Shown in pieces: positions 1 to 10,638 of a stretch of DNA of 64,000 nucleotides. The DNA comes from Gammaproteobacteria bacterium (lineage in GTDB: Bacteria > Pseudomonadota > Gammaproteobacteria > Natronospirales > REEB76): positions 7,635-71,634 of the forward strand of contig DASYCJ010000021.1 of the NCBI GenBank assembly GCA_036500225.1, in the 5' to 3' direction. Below the pieces are notes generated by a model. It saw nothing but the letters and a program-made list of their open reading frames with translations, was not told the origin of the DNA and made no database searches. Position 1 is the first letter of the stretch; the number at the start of each line of letters is the position of its first letter. Made by a program: the position numbers and the translations under genes.

Positions 1-312
1 CAGGGATTTCTCCAACTCGCCGCGCGCCTGCAGCACGATGGCGAGGTTCTTATGCAGGATCGGACGCTCCGGCGCCGCGCGCAAGGCCTGTTCCAGATAT
101 CCCTGGCTCGCATCCAGTTCACCACGCAGCATGGTCTGGACCGCGAGGAAGTTCAGGGCGCGGATGTGATAGGGCGCAATCTCGAGTATCTGCCGATAGA
201 CGCCCTCAGCGTCGCGCGTGTCTCCCCGCTCTGCGAGCCGTTTGGCGCTGTCAGCGAGAGTCTGGATCTGCCAGGCGGTATCGGGGGCCTGTCCGGAGCG
301 GGGTTGGTTCAC
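1..312 (-). CDS. TPR-repeat protein, N-terminal part (gene runs off the window start)
   Basis: Own minus-strand translation from GTG at 312: VNQPRSGQAPDTAWQIQTLADSAKRLAERGDTRDAEGVYRQILEIAPYHIRALNFLAVQTMLRGELDASQGYLEQALRAAPERPILHKNLAIVLQARGELEKSL. It stays open to position 1 and has TPR-like periodicity. It is absent from the ORF track because there is no stop in the window. Confidence 0.55.
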   Translation of the reverse strand, partial: MNQPRSGQAPDTAWQIQTLADSAKRLAERGDTRDAEGVYRQILEIAPYHIRALNFLAVQTMLRGELDASQGYLEQALRAAPERPILHKNLAIVLQARGELEKSL

Positions 313-372
313 GTGGGGCACGCATTCTAGGAGTTATATCAAGGATGCACATTCTTGCACATCCGGGCCGGC

Positions 373-1428
373 TCAGGGCAGCAGCGGCCGTCCCAGCTCG
401 GCGGGGGCATGCTTCAGCAGCGTGTCGGCCCAGCGCAAGGTGGCATGGACCTCGTCGGCGTGACGCTGGGCGATGTCCTGGTTTTCGGCGTCGCGGCGCG
501 CGCTGTCATAGCTGGAGAAGGGGTCCTTGGCGTGGGTGCTCCAGACCGGTCCCGATACTACCGCCGCCGCTTCGGCCGGGGTGAGCGGCGTGCCGATCAA
601 GCCCGCAGCGGCAGAGATCGCATCGACCGGCCGCTTGAGCAATACCGCGCTGTCCAGACTGTGCAGCCGTGAGCCGGCTTCCGAGGCCAAGAGTTCACGA
701 AACAGCAGCATCTGCGCATGCCAGATCACCGCCTGGGACTGCAGATAGTCCAGTGAGCTAGAGCCCACACCCGGTACGCGACGGGCGTAGTCCGTGTCCT
801 GCACGAACAGCTCCAGCATGGCGCCGGTCTTGGCCTTGGTGTCGTCGTTCTTCTTTAGGTTGGAGATGAGGAAACTCTCCAGACTCGAATACAGCAACAG
901 CCCGTTCGCCTGGGGGCGGAGCTTGAGCATGTCCGCCGCCAGGTTGTTGGCCACGTGGGTGGGTTTTAGCACCACGCGCTCTCCAGGCACCCAGGTCTTG
1001 CTGAGCAGATGCAGCGCCAGATCCAGAAATTGCGGACCTTGCGGATACCAGGCCTGGCCCCGGGTCGCGAGGCCGTGTTTGAGATCGCCCAAGCGTCTCA
1101 GCACCCAGGGCTCGCGCAGCACCAGGGTACGTCCCTCTACCTGCAGGGAGCGGGCCAGGAGCGAAGAGCAACAGAACGAGGAATGAAAGAGGAAGCCGGT
1201 ATGCGCAGTTGGGACGGCGTGCTCGCGTAGCGCGGCGGCCACTGTCTCCAGAGGGAAGCCGTGCAAGCGTTCACCGGTATAGGCGATGCGCTTGTCCAGG
1301 AAGGCCGAGACCCTGAAGGTATCGGCGGTCACTTCCAGGAAATGCAGTTCGCCTCGCTGCAGGTCGAGGTCATAGAGATGCCAGGCCGGGTTGCGGCACA
1401 AGTCATCGGCGCTGATGTCGGTAGCCAT
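373..1428 (-). CDS. hypothetical protein (351 aa), family not recognised
   Basis: Only long ORF at this locus. It lies 60 bp upstream of the TPR gene and is co-directional with it. I can name no secure motif. FLFHSSFCCSSLLARSL sits where sulfotransferase-fold proteins carry the PAPS loop, but it is not canonical. Confidence 0.6.
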   Translation of the reverse strand: MATDISADDLCRNPAWHLYDLDLQRGELHFLEVTADTFRVSAFLDKRIAYTGERLHGFPLETVAAALREHAVPTAHTGFLFHSSFCCSSLLARSLQVEGRTLVLREPWVLRRLGDLKHGLATRGQAWYPQGPQFLDLALHLLSKTWVPGERVVLKPTHVANNLAADMLKLRPQANGLLLYSSLESFLISNLKKNDDTKAKTGAMLELFVQDTDYARRVPGVGSSSLDYLQSQAVIWHAQMLLFRELLASEAGSRLHSLDSAVLLKRPVDAISAAAGLIGTPLTPAEAAAVVSGPVWSTHAKDPFSSYDSARRDAENQDIAQRHADEVHATLRWADTLLKHAPAELGRPLLP

Positions 1429-1519
1429 GCCGGCTCAAGGTCTGCGCGGGCGGCGGGATTGTCATATTATATCAAGGTGTAGCGCGCCCCATGGGCGAAC
1501 CGTCGCTCGTGGGGGTCAG

Positions 1520-2773
1520 ATGAACGCACCGAGCACCCAGGAAGCCAGGCAGCTGTTCAAGAAGGCGGCGGACGCCTTCATGCGCCGCCAATACGCGGAA
1601 GCCTTGCCGCTCCTGGAACAGGCCGGCAGCGAGGGCGACGTCGAGGCGAAAAACCTGCTGGGTGTGATGCAACTCAACGGCATGGGCGTTGTCCAAGACC
1701 CGCGCCGCGCCGCGGCGCTGTTCGAAGCCGCAGCCGCACAAGGCCTCAAAGAAGCCCAGTACAACCTCTCTAACCAGCTCTTCAACGGATTGGGCACCGC
1801 TGAAGACGAGACGAGGGCACAGCAGAACCTGCTGGCTGCTGCCGCTGCCGGTCACCGGCCCGCGCTGCGCTCCCTGGGTCTCCTGTACCACGATGCCGGC
1901 GGCGGCGATGCCCGCTGGGCTACGCTTGCGACCCGTTGCTTCCGCCTTGCCGCGGAAGCCGGCGATCCTCTGGCGCAATACCTATTTGGTCTGAGGCTGT
2001 GGCGCGGCCACGGCACGCAGCAGGATCCAGATGGAGCCCTGCAGTGGTTCACCGCTGCCGCTCAGGCGCGCGTCTATCTCGCAGAGATGCGTCTCGCCGG
2101 GATATCCCGGAGCCACGAAGACCGGACCAGGCTGCCAGCATCCAAGACCGAGACTGCGCTGGTGCCTTGCGCCTTGCCTCGGTTGCCGGAGCCCTCAGCT
2201 TCCCGTGAGCAGGCCTTCATGTCCGAATACGGCGAGGCCCTGGACGAATATCTCGCAGACCATCTCATCAACGTGGCGGCACCCATGCTAATGCCTTCGA
2301 GCGTGGTGGACCCGAGCACTGGCGCCGCCGTGCAGTCGCAGTTGCGGACCAGTCACTCCATGCATCTCCAGCCCTCCATGTATGACGCCGCCACGCACTT
2401 GGCGTTGCGCCGCATCGCCTGCATCGCCGGGCTGCCGGTGAGCCACGCCGAGCCTCTGGGTGTACTACGCTACGGTCCCGGCCAGGAGTACCGGCCGCAT
2501 TACGATTACTACACGGATGGCCAGCATCAGGCACAGCGAGTCGCCACCGTGTTCGTGTATCTCAACCACGTGGAGGAGGGTGGCGGCACCGACTTTCCGC
2601 GCCTGGGCGTGAAGGTGGATCCGGCACGCGGCAAGGCGGTGAAGTTCTTGAACTGCGATGCCGAGGGCAAGCCCAATCCCGAGACCTTGCATGCTGGCCT
2701 GCCGGTGATCCGTGGCGAAAAATGGCTCGCGACCCTCTGGTTCTGGGACCGGCCCTTCGTCTGGTTCAGTTGA
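1520..2773 (+). CDS. Sel1-repeat protein fused to a prolyl 4-hydroxylase-type 2OG-Fe(II) oxygenase
   Basis: Sel1-like repeats (EAKNLLGVMQLNGMGV, KEAQYNLSNQLFNGLG, PALRSLGLLYHDAGG, PLAQYLFGLRLWRGHG). These are followed by a P4H core: YRPHYDYY (HxD), ETLHAGLPV (distal His) and GEKWLATLWF. Start moved from 1391 to ATG 1520, which has a GGGGG just upstream. Confidence 0.8.
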   Translation: MNAPSTQEARQLFKKAADAFMRRQYAEALPLLEQAGSEGDVEAKNLLGVMQLNGMGVVQDPRRAAALFEAAAAQGLKEAQYNLSNQLFNGLGTAEDETRAQQNLLAAAAAGHRPALRSLGLLYHDAGGGDARWATLATRCFRLAAEAGDPLAQYLFGLRLWRGHGTQQDPDGALQWFTAAAQARVYLAEMRLAGISRSHEDRTRLPASKTETALVPCALPRLPEPSASREQAFMSEYGEALDEYLADHLINVAAPMLMPSSVVDPSTGAAVQSQLRTSHSMHLQPSMYDAATHLALRRIACIAGLPVSHAEPLGVLRYGPGQEYRPHYDYYTDGQHQAQRVATVFVYLNHVEEGGGTDFPRLGVKVDPARGKAVKFLNCDAEGKPNPETLHAGLPVIRGEKWLATLWFWDRPFVWFS

Positions 2774-2958
2774 GAATTCAGCGGTTTCCCGGCGCTGCCT
2801 GGCCCCCGCGTTTCGCTTTCAGGTCGATTGGGCTACACTATCCATCCGCGGCCTGAGCCGGTCCGCCCTGGGAGCAGGGCGCCGTAAGTCTCTTGAATAC
2901 GTTGCCATTTCATCGTTATCGAGGGCTTAGTCTTCCGCCGGCCGCCCATTTGCACTGA

Positions 2959-5853
2959 ATGGCGAAAATGAGCGAATCACTGCAAGTCCAGACCAGCACC
3001 ACGCCGCTTTCCGGCGGCAACGCCCCCTACGTCGAATCCCTCTACGAGCAATACCTGCAGGACCCGGCGTCGGTGTCCCAGGCCTGGCGCGATTATTTCC
3101 GCGCTCTGCAGTCAGGTGCCAGCGAGACTGCCCGTGGTCCCATCGAAGCGGACCTCCTGGTCCGCGCTCATGGCCCCCGTGCCGCGGCGGCCGCGACCGG
3201 CGCCGGCGGTCTCGACCCAGTGGCGGCGGAGAAACAGGCGGCGGTGATCCGGCTGATCGAAGCCTATCGAGGTCGGGGCCACCTGCACGCCAAGCTCGAT
3301 CCACTGGGTCTGACGGCGCCCGCTGATGCGCCGGATCTGCAACTGGAATTCCACGGCCTGTCCCAGGCCGACATGGGCACGGTGTTCAGCACCGTCTCCC
3401 TCACCGGCCCCGATCGTCGCCCGCTGAAAGACATCTGGCAGATGCTGCAACAGGTCTACTGCGGCACCATAGGTTTCGAGTTCATGCACGTGACCAACGC
3501 CGAGGAACGCCTGTGGCTGAAGAGCCGCATCGAGACCAGCGGCGCCCGCGCACCTCTGAGCGCGGACGAGCGAGTCACCATCCTCAAGAACCTGGCCGCG
3601 GCTGAAGGCCTCGAGAAGTACCTGCACACCAAGTACGTGGGCCAGAAGCGCTTCTCCCTGGAGGGCGGCGACTCCATGATGCCCATGCTGCACGACGTGG
3701 TGCAGAAGGGCGGCGCTGCCGGCATTCAGGAGATCGTGGTGGGCATGGCCCATCGCGGCCGCCTGAACGTGCTCATCAACCTGCTGGGTAAGTCCCCCAA
3801 GGAACTGTTCCTGGAGTTCGAGGGCGTGCATGAGCACAAGGACGGCGACGGTTCCGGCGATGTGAAGTACCACATGGGCTTCTCGTCCGACATCAAGACC
3901 ACCGGCGGCAACGTGCATCTGGCACTCGCCTTCAATCCCTCGCATCTCGAGATCGTGAACCCAGTGGTGGAAGGCTCGGTACGCGCGCGCCAGGATCGCC
4001 GTGATGACGTCACCGGCCACAAGATACTGCCGGTGCTGGTGCACGGCGACGCGGCCTTCGCCGGTCAGGGTGTCGGCATGGAGACCCTACAGTTCTCCCA
4101 GACCCGTGGTTTCCACACCGGCGGCACTTTCCACGTGGTGCTGAACAACCAAGTGGGCTTCACCATCAGCGATCCGCGCGACTCGCGCTCCACGCTGTAT
4201 TGCACCGACTTGGCCAAGATGCTGGAAGCGCCGGTGTTCCACGTGAACGGCGATGACCCGGAGGCGGTGATCTTCGTCACGCGCCTGTCTCTGGAATACC
4301 GCCAGACCTTCCATAAAGACGTGTTCATCGACCTCGTGTGCTATCGCCGTCACGGCCACAACGAGGCGGACGAGCCTTCGGCCACCCAGCCGGTCATGTA
4401 CCAGCACATCAAGAACCACGCCACGCCGCGCGCCCTGTACGCGGAATCGTTGGCGGGGCAGGGCGTGATGGACGCGGCGGCTTCATCGGCCATGAGTGAG
4501 CAGTATCGCAAGGACCTGGATGCCGGCAAGCCGGTCGCGCCGGGCATCACCCCGTACGTCGCCAACGAATTCAGCGTCGACTGGTCGCGCTTCCAGAAAC
4601 GCAGCGCCAGCGAGGTCATCGACACCAAGCTCGACAAGCAACGCATGCAATCGCTCATGGACGGCATGAACGCGGTGCCGGCGGACGTGGAGCTGCATCC
4701 ACGCGTCGCCAAGATCTACGACGACCGGCGCAAGATGGCTGCCGGGGCGCTGCCCATGGACTGGGGCTTCGCCGAGACCCTCGCTTACGCGAGCTTGCTC
4801 ACCGAAGGCTGCGCGGTGCGCCTCACTGGCCAGGACAGCGGTCGCGGCACCTTCTTCCACCGCCACGCAGTGCTGCACAACCAGAAGGACTACAGCACCT
4901 GGACGCCGCTGCAGCACCTCACGCCAGCGCAGAAGCGTTTCACCGTGGTGGACTCGCTGCTCTCGGAAGAGGCAGTGATGGGTTTCGAATACGGTTACAG
5001 CACCGCCGATCCGGATGCGCTGGTGATCTGGGAAGGGCAGTTCGGCGACTTCGCCAACGGCGCCCAGGTGGTCATCGACCAGTTCATGGCGGCAGGCGAG
5101 GCCAAGTGGGGCCGCCTCTGCGGTCTGACCCTGTTCCTGCCCCATGGCTACGAAGGCCAGGGCCCTGAGCATTCCTCCGCGCGCCTGGAGCGTTACCTGC
5201 AGCTCTGCGCCGAGCAGAACATGCAGGTCTGCGTACCGTCCACGCCGGCGCAGATGTTCCACATGATCCGTCGCCAGGCCCTGCGGCCGTTCCGCAAACC
5301 GCTGGTGGTGATGACACCCAAGAGCCTGCTGCGCCACAAGCTTTCGGTCTCAACACTCGCGGACCTCTCCGGCGGACGTTTCCAGTTGCTGATCCCCGAG
5401 GCAGACGATATCAAGGCCGCCAAGGTCACCCGCGTGGTGTTCTGCTCCGGCAAGGTCTACTACGACCTCCTGGAGGCGCGCCGCGCCGCCAAGATCGATG
5501 ACGTGGCCATCGTCCGCATCGAGCAGCTGTATCCTTTCCCGCAGCAGGAATACGCCGACGCCATCGCGGGCTATCCGAATGCCAACGAGATCGTCTGGTG
5601 TCAGGAAGAGCCGGGCAATCAGGGAGCCTGGTATCAGATCCGTCACCGCCTGCAGGAACCCCTTAAGCAGAAGCACGTGTTGAGCTACGCCGGCCGCCAG
5701 CCGTCCGCCTCCACCGCCGCCGGTTATATGCAGTTGCACCTGCAACAGCAGAAGGCGCTGATCCAGGACGCACTCGGTACCACCGAAGCGAAGCAGGGCG
5801 CTGCCGCCAAAGACAAGACCAGGCCAAATAAAGTCTTAACGGAGAAGGCATGA
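2959..5853 (+). CDS. sucA: 2-oxoglutarate dehydrogenase E1 component
   Basis: 964 aa with N-terminal [19 protein letters not shown] and [10 protein letters not shown]. Full-length E1o architecture. ATGA overlap with the E2 gene. Confidence 0.97.
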   Translation: MAKMSESLQVQTSTTPLSGGNAPYVESLYEQYLQDPASVSQAWRDYFRALQSGASETARGPIEADLLVRAHGPRAAAAATGAGGLDPVAAEKQAAVIRLIEAYRGRGHLHAKLDPLGLTAPADAPDLQLEFHGLSQADMGTVFSTVSLTGPDRRPLKDIWQMLQQVYCGTIGFEFMHVTNAEERLWLKSRIETSGARAPLSADERVTILKNLAAAEGLEKYLHTKYVGQKRFSLEGGDSMMPMLHDVVQKGGAAGIQEIVVGMAHRGRLNVLINLLGKSPKELFLEFEGVHEHKDGDGSGDVKYHMGFSSDIKTTGGNVHLALAFNPSHLEIVNPVVEGSVRARQDRRDDVTGHKILPVLVHGDAAFAGQGVGMETLQFSQTRGFHTGGTFHVVLNNQVGFTISDPRDSRSTLYCTDLAKMLEAPVFHVNGDDPEAVIFVTRLSLEYRQTFHKDVFIDLVCYRRHGHNEADEPSATQPVMYQHIKNHATPRALYAESLAGQGVMDAAASSAMSEQYRKDLDAGKPVAPGITPYVANEFSVDWSRFQKRSASEVIDTKLDKQRMQSLMDGMNAVPADVELHPRVAKIYDDRRKMAAGALPMDWGFAETLAYASLLTEGCAVRLTGQDSGRGTFFHRHAVLHNQKDYSTWTPLQHLTPAQKRFTVVDSLLSEEAVMGFEYGYSTADPDALVIWEGQFGDFANGAQVVIDQFMAAGEAKWGRLCGLTLFLPHGYEGQGPEHSSARLERYLQLCAEQNMQVCVPSTPAQMFHMIRRQALRPFRKPLVVMTPKSLLRHKLSVSTLADLSGGRFQLLIPEADDIKAAKVTRVVFCSGKVYYDLLEARRAAKIDDVAIVRIEQLYPFPQQEYADAIAGYPNANEIVWCQEEPGNQGAWYQIRHRLQEPLKQKHVLSYAGRQPSASTAAGYMQLHLQQQKALIQDALGTTEAKQGAAAKDKTRPNKVLTEKA

Positions 5854-7097
5854 GCATCGAAGTCAAAGTCCCGCAACTGCCAGAATCCGTGCAGGACGCG
5901 ACGCTGGTGAACTGGCACAAGAAGCCAGGCGACAGCGTCAACCGAGACGAGAACCTTGTGGACATCGAGACTGACAAGGTCGTGCTGGAAGTGCCGGCGC
6001 CGGTGTCGGGCGTGTTGAAGGAGATCCGGGTCAAGGATGGCACCACCGTCGGCGCAGGCCAGGTGTTGGCGATCCTGGAAGAGGGTGCCGGCGCCGCCGC
6101 GGCTCCCGCCCCCAAAACTGCAGCTGTCCCGGCCGCTGCATCTGCTCCTGCTCCCGCTGCGGCTCCAGCCCAGACCAGCGCACCCACTGGCGACGCGGAC
6201 ATGCCGCTCAGCCCCTCGGTGCGGCGTCTCGTCGAAGAGAACAAGTTGGATCCCTCCCAGATCAAGGGTTCGGCCCGCGACGGCCGCCTCACCAAGGGCG
6301 ACGTGCTGGATTACATGGCCAACCGTGGCAACGCGCCTGCGACCGCTCCGGCTGCTGCCGCAGCGCCTGCGGCCCGCGCTCCGGTCCGCTCCGGCGCCCG
6401 CGAGGATCGCCGCGTGCCCATGACGCGCATGCGTGCCCGCATCGCCGAACGTCTCACCCAGTCCCAGACCAACACCGTGATGCTCACCTCCTTCAACGAG
6501 GTGGATCTCTCGGCGGTGATCGCGCTGCGCACCAAGTATAAGGACAAGTTCGAGAAGGAGCACGGCGTCAAGCTCGGCTTCATGTCCTTCTTCGTCAAGG
6601 CCGCGGTCGAGGCCCTCAAGAAATATCCGGTGGTGAACGCCTCGGTAGAAGGCAACGACATCGTGTACCACGACTATTGGGACGTGAGCGTGGCCGTGGC
6701 CACTCCCAAGGGCCTGGTGACGCCGGTGCTGCGTGACGCGGACCAGATGAGCTTCGCCGACATCGAGAAGACCTTGGGCGACATGGCCGCGCGTGCGCGT
6801 GACGGTAAGATCGGCATCGAGGAGCTGACCGGCGGTACCTTCACCATCACCAACGGTGGTGTGTTCGGCTCGCTCATGTCCACGCCCATCATCAATCCGC
6901 CCCAGAGCGCCATCCTCGGCATGCATGCGACCAAGGACCGCGCTGTGGTGGTGGACGGGCAGGTGGTGGCACGTCCCATGATGTATATCGCGCTTACCTA
7001 CGATCACCGCATCGTCGACGGCAAGGAAGCGGTGTTGACCTTGGTCTCCATCAAAGAGTCCCTGGAAGACCCGGCCCGCTTGGTCCTGGGAATCTGA
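5850..7097 (+). CDS. sucB: dihydrolipoyllysine-residue succinyltransferase (E2o)
   Basis: Lipoyl domain [15 protein letters not shown], an Ala/Pro linker, the E3-binding segment [15 protein letters not shown] and the catalytic motif YDHRIVDG. Confidence 0.97.
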   Translation: MSIEVKVPQLPESVQDATLVNWHKKPGDSVNRDENLVDIETDKVVLEVPAPVSGVLKEIRVKDGTTVGAGQVLAILEEGAGAAAAPAPKTAAVPAAASAPAPAAAPAQTSAPTGDADMPLSPSVRRLVEENKLDPSQIKGSARDGRLTKGDVLDYMANRGNAPATAPAAAAAPAARAPVRSGAREDRRVPMTRMRARIAERLTQSQTNTVMLTSFNEVDLSAVIALRTKYKDKFEKEHGVKLGFMSFFVKAAVEALKKYPVVNASVEGNDIVYHDYWDVSVAVATPKGLVTPVLRDADQMSFADIEKTLGDMAARARDGKIGIEELTGGTFTITNGGVFGSLMSTPIINPPQSAILGMHATKDRAVVVDGQVVARPMMYIALTYDHRIVDGKEAVLTLVSIKESLEDPARLVLGI

Positions 7098-7115
7098 TCC
7101 CCATATCACTGTGTT

Positions 7116-7155
7116 AGAAGGCGGCCCCTTTTTGGGGCCGTCGTCTTCTAGAAGA
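7116..7155. other. composite stem-loop between sucB and lpdA
   Basis: cggcccc (7122-7128) pairs with ggggccg (7134-7140) around a ttttt loop. The stem is extended by agaag/cttct. The 3' arm runs into a perfect 12-bp palindrome, tcttctagaaga (7144-7155). No T-run follows. Confidence 0.35.
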
Positions 7156-7169
7156 CAAAGGAAACAGCC

Positions 7170-8603
7170 ATGAGCCAGAGTTTCGATGTGGTCGTGATCG
7201 GCGGCGGTCCCGCCGGCTATGTAGCAGCCATCCGCGCCGCCCAGAACGGTCTGAAGACCGCCTGCGTGGACAACTGGAAGAACCAGGATGGCAAGCACGC
7301 CTTCGGCGGCACCTGCCTGAACGCGGGCTGCATCCCGTCCAAGGCACTGCTCGAATCCTCTGAGATGTACCACAAGGCCACCCACGAGTTCGTCTCCCAC
7401 GGCATCAAGGTCGGTGCTGTGAGCATGGACATCGCTGCCATGCAGGCGCGCAAGTCCAAGATCACCTCCAGCCTCACCGGCGGCATCGCCCAGCTCTTCA
7501 AGTCCAACAACGTCACCGGTATCCGCGGCACCGGCCGCCTGCTCAAGGGCAATAAGGTGGAAGTGACGGACTTCGACGACCTGAAGAAGAAGGAGGTCAT
7601 CGAAGCTAAGACCGTGGTGCTGGCCGCGGGCTCCGAGCCCGTGGAACTGAAAGTGGTGCCCTTCGACCGCAAGGACATCGTGGATTCCTGGGGCGCCCTG
7701 GACTTCACTGAAGTGCCGAAGCGCTTAGGGGTCATTGGCGGCGGCGTCATCGGCCTGGAGCTCGGCAGCGTCTGGCAGCGCCTGGGCGCTGAGGTCACGA
7801 TCCTCGAAGCCATGGATAACTTCCTGTTCATGGCCGACCAGCAGGTCGCCAAGGATGCAGAGCGTCAGTTCCGCAAACAGGGTCTCGAGATCAAGCTCGG
7901 CGCCAAGGTCACCGGTGCTGAGAAGGGCAAGTCCGGTATCAGCGTCAGCTATGACGACAAGGACGGCAAGCAGAAGATCGAAGTGGACAAGCTCATCGTG
8001 GCCGTGGGCCGTCGCCCCGCCACCAAGGCCTTGCTGGGTGACGGCACTGGAGTGAACCTGGATGAGCGCGGCTTCATCAAAGTGGACCATGAGTGCCGCA
8101 CCGGCGTGCCCAACGTTTGGGCCATCGGTGACTGCGTGCGCGGCCCGATGCTGGCCCACAAGGGCTCCGAAGAAGGCGTGATGGTCGCCGACCTGATTGC
8201 AGGTAAAGTTTCAGAGATGAATTACGACGTCATCCCTTCGGTCATCTACACCTGGCCCGAGATCGCCTGGGTCGGCAAGACCGAAGAGGAACTGAAGAAG
8301 AACGGTACCCGTTATAAGACCGGCACCTTTCCCTTCGCCGCCAACGGCCGCGCCAAGGCCATGGAAGCCGCCAGCGGCATGGTAAAGATGCTGGCCCATG
8401 CGGATACCGATGAGATCCTGGGAGTGCACATCGTGGGACCCATGGCCTCCGAGATGATCTCGGAAGCGGTGGTGGCCATGGAGTTCCGTGCCAGCGCCGA
8501 GGACCTGCAGCGCACCATCCATGCGCACCCGACCCTGGCGGAGTCCATGCATGAAGCGTCCTTGTCCGTGGATAAGCGCGCGATCCATGCCATAAACAAG
8601 TGA
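7170..8603 (+). CDS. lpdA: dihydrolipoyl dehydrogenase (E3)
   Basis: FAD motif VVVIGGGPAGY, redox disulfide GGTCLNAGCIPSK and C-terminal HAHPTLAE. Confidence 0.97.
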   Translation: MSQSFDVVVIGGGPAGYVAAIRAAQNGLKTACVDNWKNQDGKHAFGGTCLNAGCIPSKALLESSEMYHKATHEFVSHGIKVGAVSMDIAAMQARKSKITSSLTGGIAQLFKSNNVTGIRGTGRLLKGNKVEVTDFDDLKKKEVIEAKTVVLAAGSEPVELKVVPFDRKDIVDSWGALDFTEVPKRLGVIGGGVIGLELGSVWQRLGAEVTILEAMDNFLFMADQQVAKDAERQFRKQGLEIKLGAKVTGAEKGKSGISVSYDDKDGKQKIEVDKLIVAVGRRPATKALLGDGTGVNLDERGFIKVDHECRTGVPNVWAIGDCVRGPMLAHKGSEEGVMVADLIAGKVSEMNYDVIPSVIYTWPEIAWVGKTEEELKKNGTRYKTGTFPFAANGRAKAMEAASGMVKMLAHADTDEILGVHIVGPMASEMISEAVVAMEFRASAEDLQRTIHAHPTLAESMHEASLSVDKRAIHAINK

Positions 8604-8623
8604 TCGGGATAGGGTCCGAGACC

Positions 8624-8656
8624 AAGAAGGCGCCTTGAGGCGCCTTCTTCCTTTTC
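8624..8656. terminator. bidirectional hairpin terminator between convergent lpdA and the methyltransferase gene
   Basis: aagaaggcgcc-ttga-ggcgccttctt gives a perfect 11-bp stem, followed by ccttttcg. Confidence 0.6.
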
Positions 8657-8657
8657 G

Positions 8658-9398
8658 TTATGCAGATTTCTTGGCAGTGAACACCATCTGATGGCAGTGA
8701 TAGGGATCTATCTTCTCCATCAGGGGCTGGGTGAAGTTGGGGAAAGGATAGAGTCCGTAGCCGTGACCCTGTATGTCCGTGAAACCGATCATCTGCAGGT
8801 AGTCACGTAGCACCCGGTAACTGAACACCACCAGATGCCGGTGCGAGGGCGTGTCGCGCTCCACGTCCGGCTGGATATCCTCTTTGCTCACCTTGAACAG
8901 TTCTTCCTTCTTCAGCAGCGCATCGGAGTCCGGGTGCGGCCCGCTGGAGGGCATCTTGCCGGCGAGGATCAGCGCCGCAGTAAAATAGGTGCTGATGTTG
9001 GGGGTCAGGATCACCAGCGTGCCGCCCGGCGCCAGCACCCGGTGCGATTCCTTCATGAAGCGGCAGGGATTCAACAGGTGTTCCAGCACTGAGAGCGCGT
9101 ATATGCAGTGGAATTGGCCCTCCGGATAGGGCAGGTCACGGTTGAGGTCGCCGCGCACGATGTCGAGGCCCCGTTGCCGGCCTTCCTGGACCTTGGCTTC
9201 ATCCCATTCCAGACCGCAGTAGCGTGACTTATCCAGGCCAGTGCCCTTGACCAGGGTATCGAACATCCAACCGTTATGAGCGCCGCAATCCAGGACCTTG
9301 CCGCCGGCACGGAGGGCGAGGGCTATCTCCGCGTTGGCTAGGCCGTAGGCCTCGCGCATGGTCCTCTCGTACAGGTTTTTGAAATACGCGGTCAGCAC
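8658..9398 (-). CDS. class I SAM-dependent methyltransferase
   Basis: Motif I VLDCGAHNG, LSVLEHL, and GGTLVILTP after motif II. Confidence 0.8.
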   Translation of the reverse strand: MLTAYFKNLYERTMREAYGLANAEIALALRAGGKVLDCGAHNGWMFDTLVKGTGLDKSRYCGLEWDEAKVQEGRQRGLDIVRGDLNRDLPYPEGQFHCIYALSVLEHLLNPCRFMKESHRVLAPGGTLVILTPNISTYFTAALILAGKMPSSGPHPDSDALLKKEELFKVSKEDIQPDVERDTPSHRHLVVFSYRVLRDYLQMIGFTDIQGHGYGLYPFPNFTQPLMEKIDPYHCHQMVFTAKKSA

Positions 9399-9500
9399 GT
9401 TCGCTCCGGGGATGCCGAATCTCCAGTGAGTATAACCTCATGTCGTATCGGCAACATCTTCGCGGCCGGCGTTGTCTTAGGTGAGGCTGCGGAGTACGGT

Positions 9501-10562
9501 ATGTTCATGACCAAGTTTCTTCTGCTCGCAGCTCTGTCGATGTGCTCGTCCATCTGTCACGCCGCCGCCGTGCCATCCCATGCGGTGGTGTTCATCTACC
9601 ACCGCTTCGGCGATGACCGCTATCCCAGCACCGACACCAAGACCGGGCAGTTCCAGGCGCAACTGGATTGGTTGGCCCAGAACCAGTATCAGGTCTGGCC
9701 CTTGCCCAAGATCGTGAAGTACCTGCGGGACGGTAAGGACATACCGGACCACGTGGTGGCGATCACAGTGGACGACGCATTCCAGTCTTTCTACGAGAAT
9801 GCCTATCCGCTGTTAAAGGCTCGTAGCTGGCCCTTCACCCTGTTCGTCAGCACCGATGGTGTGGATTCCAAGCAATCGGACTTCGTCACTTGGGATGAGT
9901 TGCGGGAGATGGCGGCCAACGGCGCGACTCTCGCCAACCATACTGCCGACCACGGGCACCTGCCGTTCCGTCTGAAAGGTGAATCGGATCTGCACTGGGC
10001 CGATCGCATCCGTGCCGACATCGCCAAGGGCCAGTCGCGGCTGGAAGCGGAGATCGGCAAAGACGTAAACTCCGACCCAAAGCTCTTCGCCTATCCCTAC
10101 GGGGAATACACCGATGAGCTGGTGAAACTCGTCAATGGTTTGGGTTATATCGCATTCGGCCAGCAGGCAGGTGCCTTGAGCGGGCCGCTGGACGCGCGTG
10201 CCCTGCCGCGCTTTCCCATCAACGAAAACTATGCAGAGGTGCCGTCTTTCGCCATCAAGGCAGCGGCATTGCCCATGCCTCTTAAAGCCGTGACTCCCTG
10301 GGATCCGCAAGTGGGTACCGAGAATCCACCCAAACTGGAATTGGATCTGGAGCCGGGTACGATACCGTCATCAGGTTTGCACTGTTACCAGAATGGTCCT
10401 GAGATGAGTATCCAGTGGTTGGATGAGGCCAAGACTAAGCTGTATTTGCAGGCGCCGAAAGCCATGGGTGCGGGCCGAGACCGCTACAACTGCACCGCCT
10501 TCGTGCATGGACGTTACTATTGGTATTCCCACATGTGGCTACTAGCCCCCAGCGGTGAATAG
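9501..10562 (+). CDS. secreted polysaccharide deacetylase (NodB fold) with an extra C-terminal domain
   Basis: Signal peptide MFMTKFLLLAALSMCSSICHAAA. NodB-type motifs VAITVDDAF and ANHTADHGHL. The last ~110 aa are unassigned. Start moved to ATG 9501, which has GGAG 7 nt upstream. Confidence 0.8.
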   Translation: MFMTKFLLLAALSMCSSICHAAAVPSHAVVFIYHRFGDDRYPSTDTKTGQFQAQLDWLAQNQYQVWPLPKIVKYLRDGKDIPDHVVAITVDDAFQSFYENAYPLLKARSWPFTLFVSTDGVDSKQSDFVTWDELREMAANGATLANHTADHGHLPFRLKGESDLHWADRIRADIAKGQSRLEAEIGKDVNSDPKLFAYPYGEYTDELVKLVNGLGYIAFGQQAGALSGPLDARALPRFPINENYAEVPSFAIKAAALPMPLKAVTPWDPQVGTENPPKLELDLEPGTIPSSGLHCYQNGPEMSIQWLDEAKTKLYLQAPKAMGAGRDRYNCTAFVHGRYYWYSHMWLLAPSGE

Positions 10563-10638
10563 CCCCTCAAGGCTATTGCGTCTCGTCTGCGTCGGCTCGC
10601 GACGCTTCGAGGCACCTGCTCCGAGATACTGAGAAGAA

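Noticed and set aside
5724-7400. 558-aa ORF antisense to sucB and the start of lpdA
   Set aside because: It lies opposite genes with unambiguous motifs. Its composition is Gly/Arg/His/Ala-rich, as is typical of reverse frames in high-GC DNA, and stop codons are simply rare there. It has no motif and no SD.
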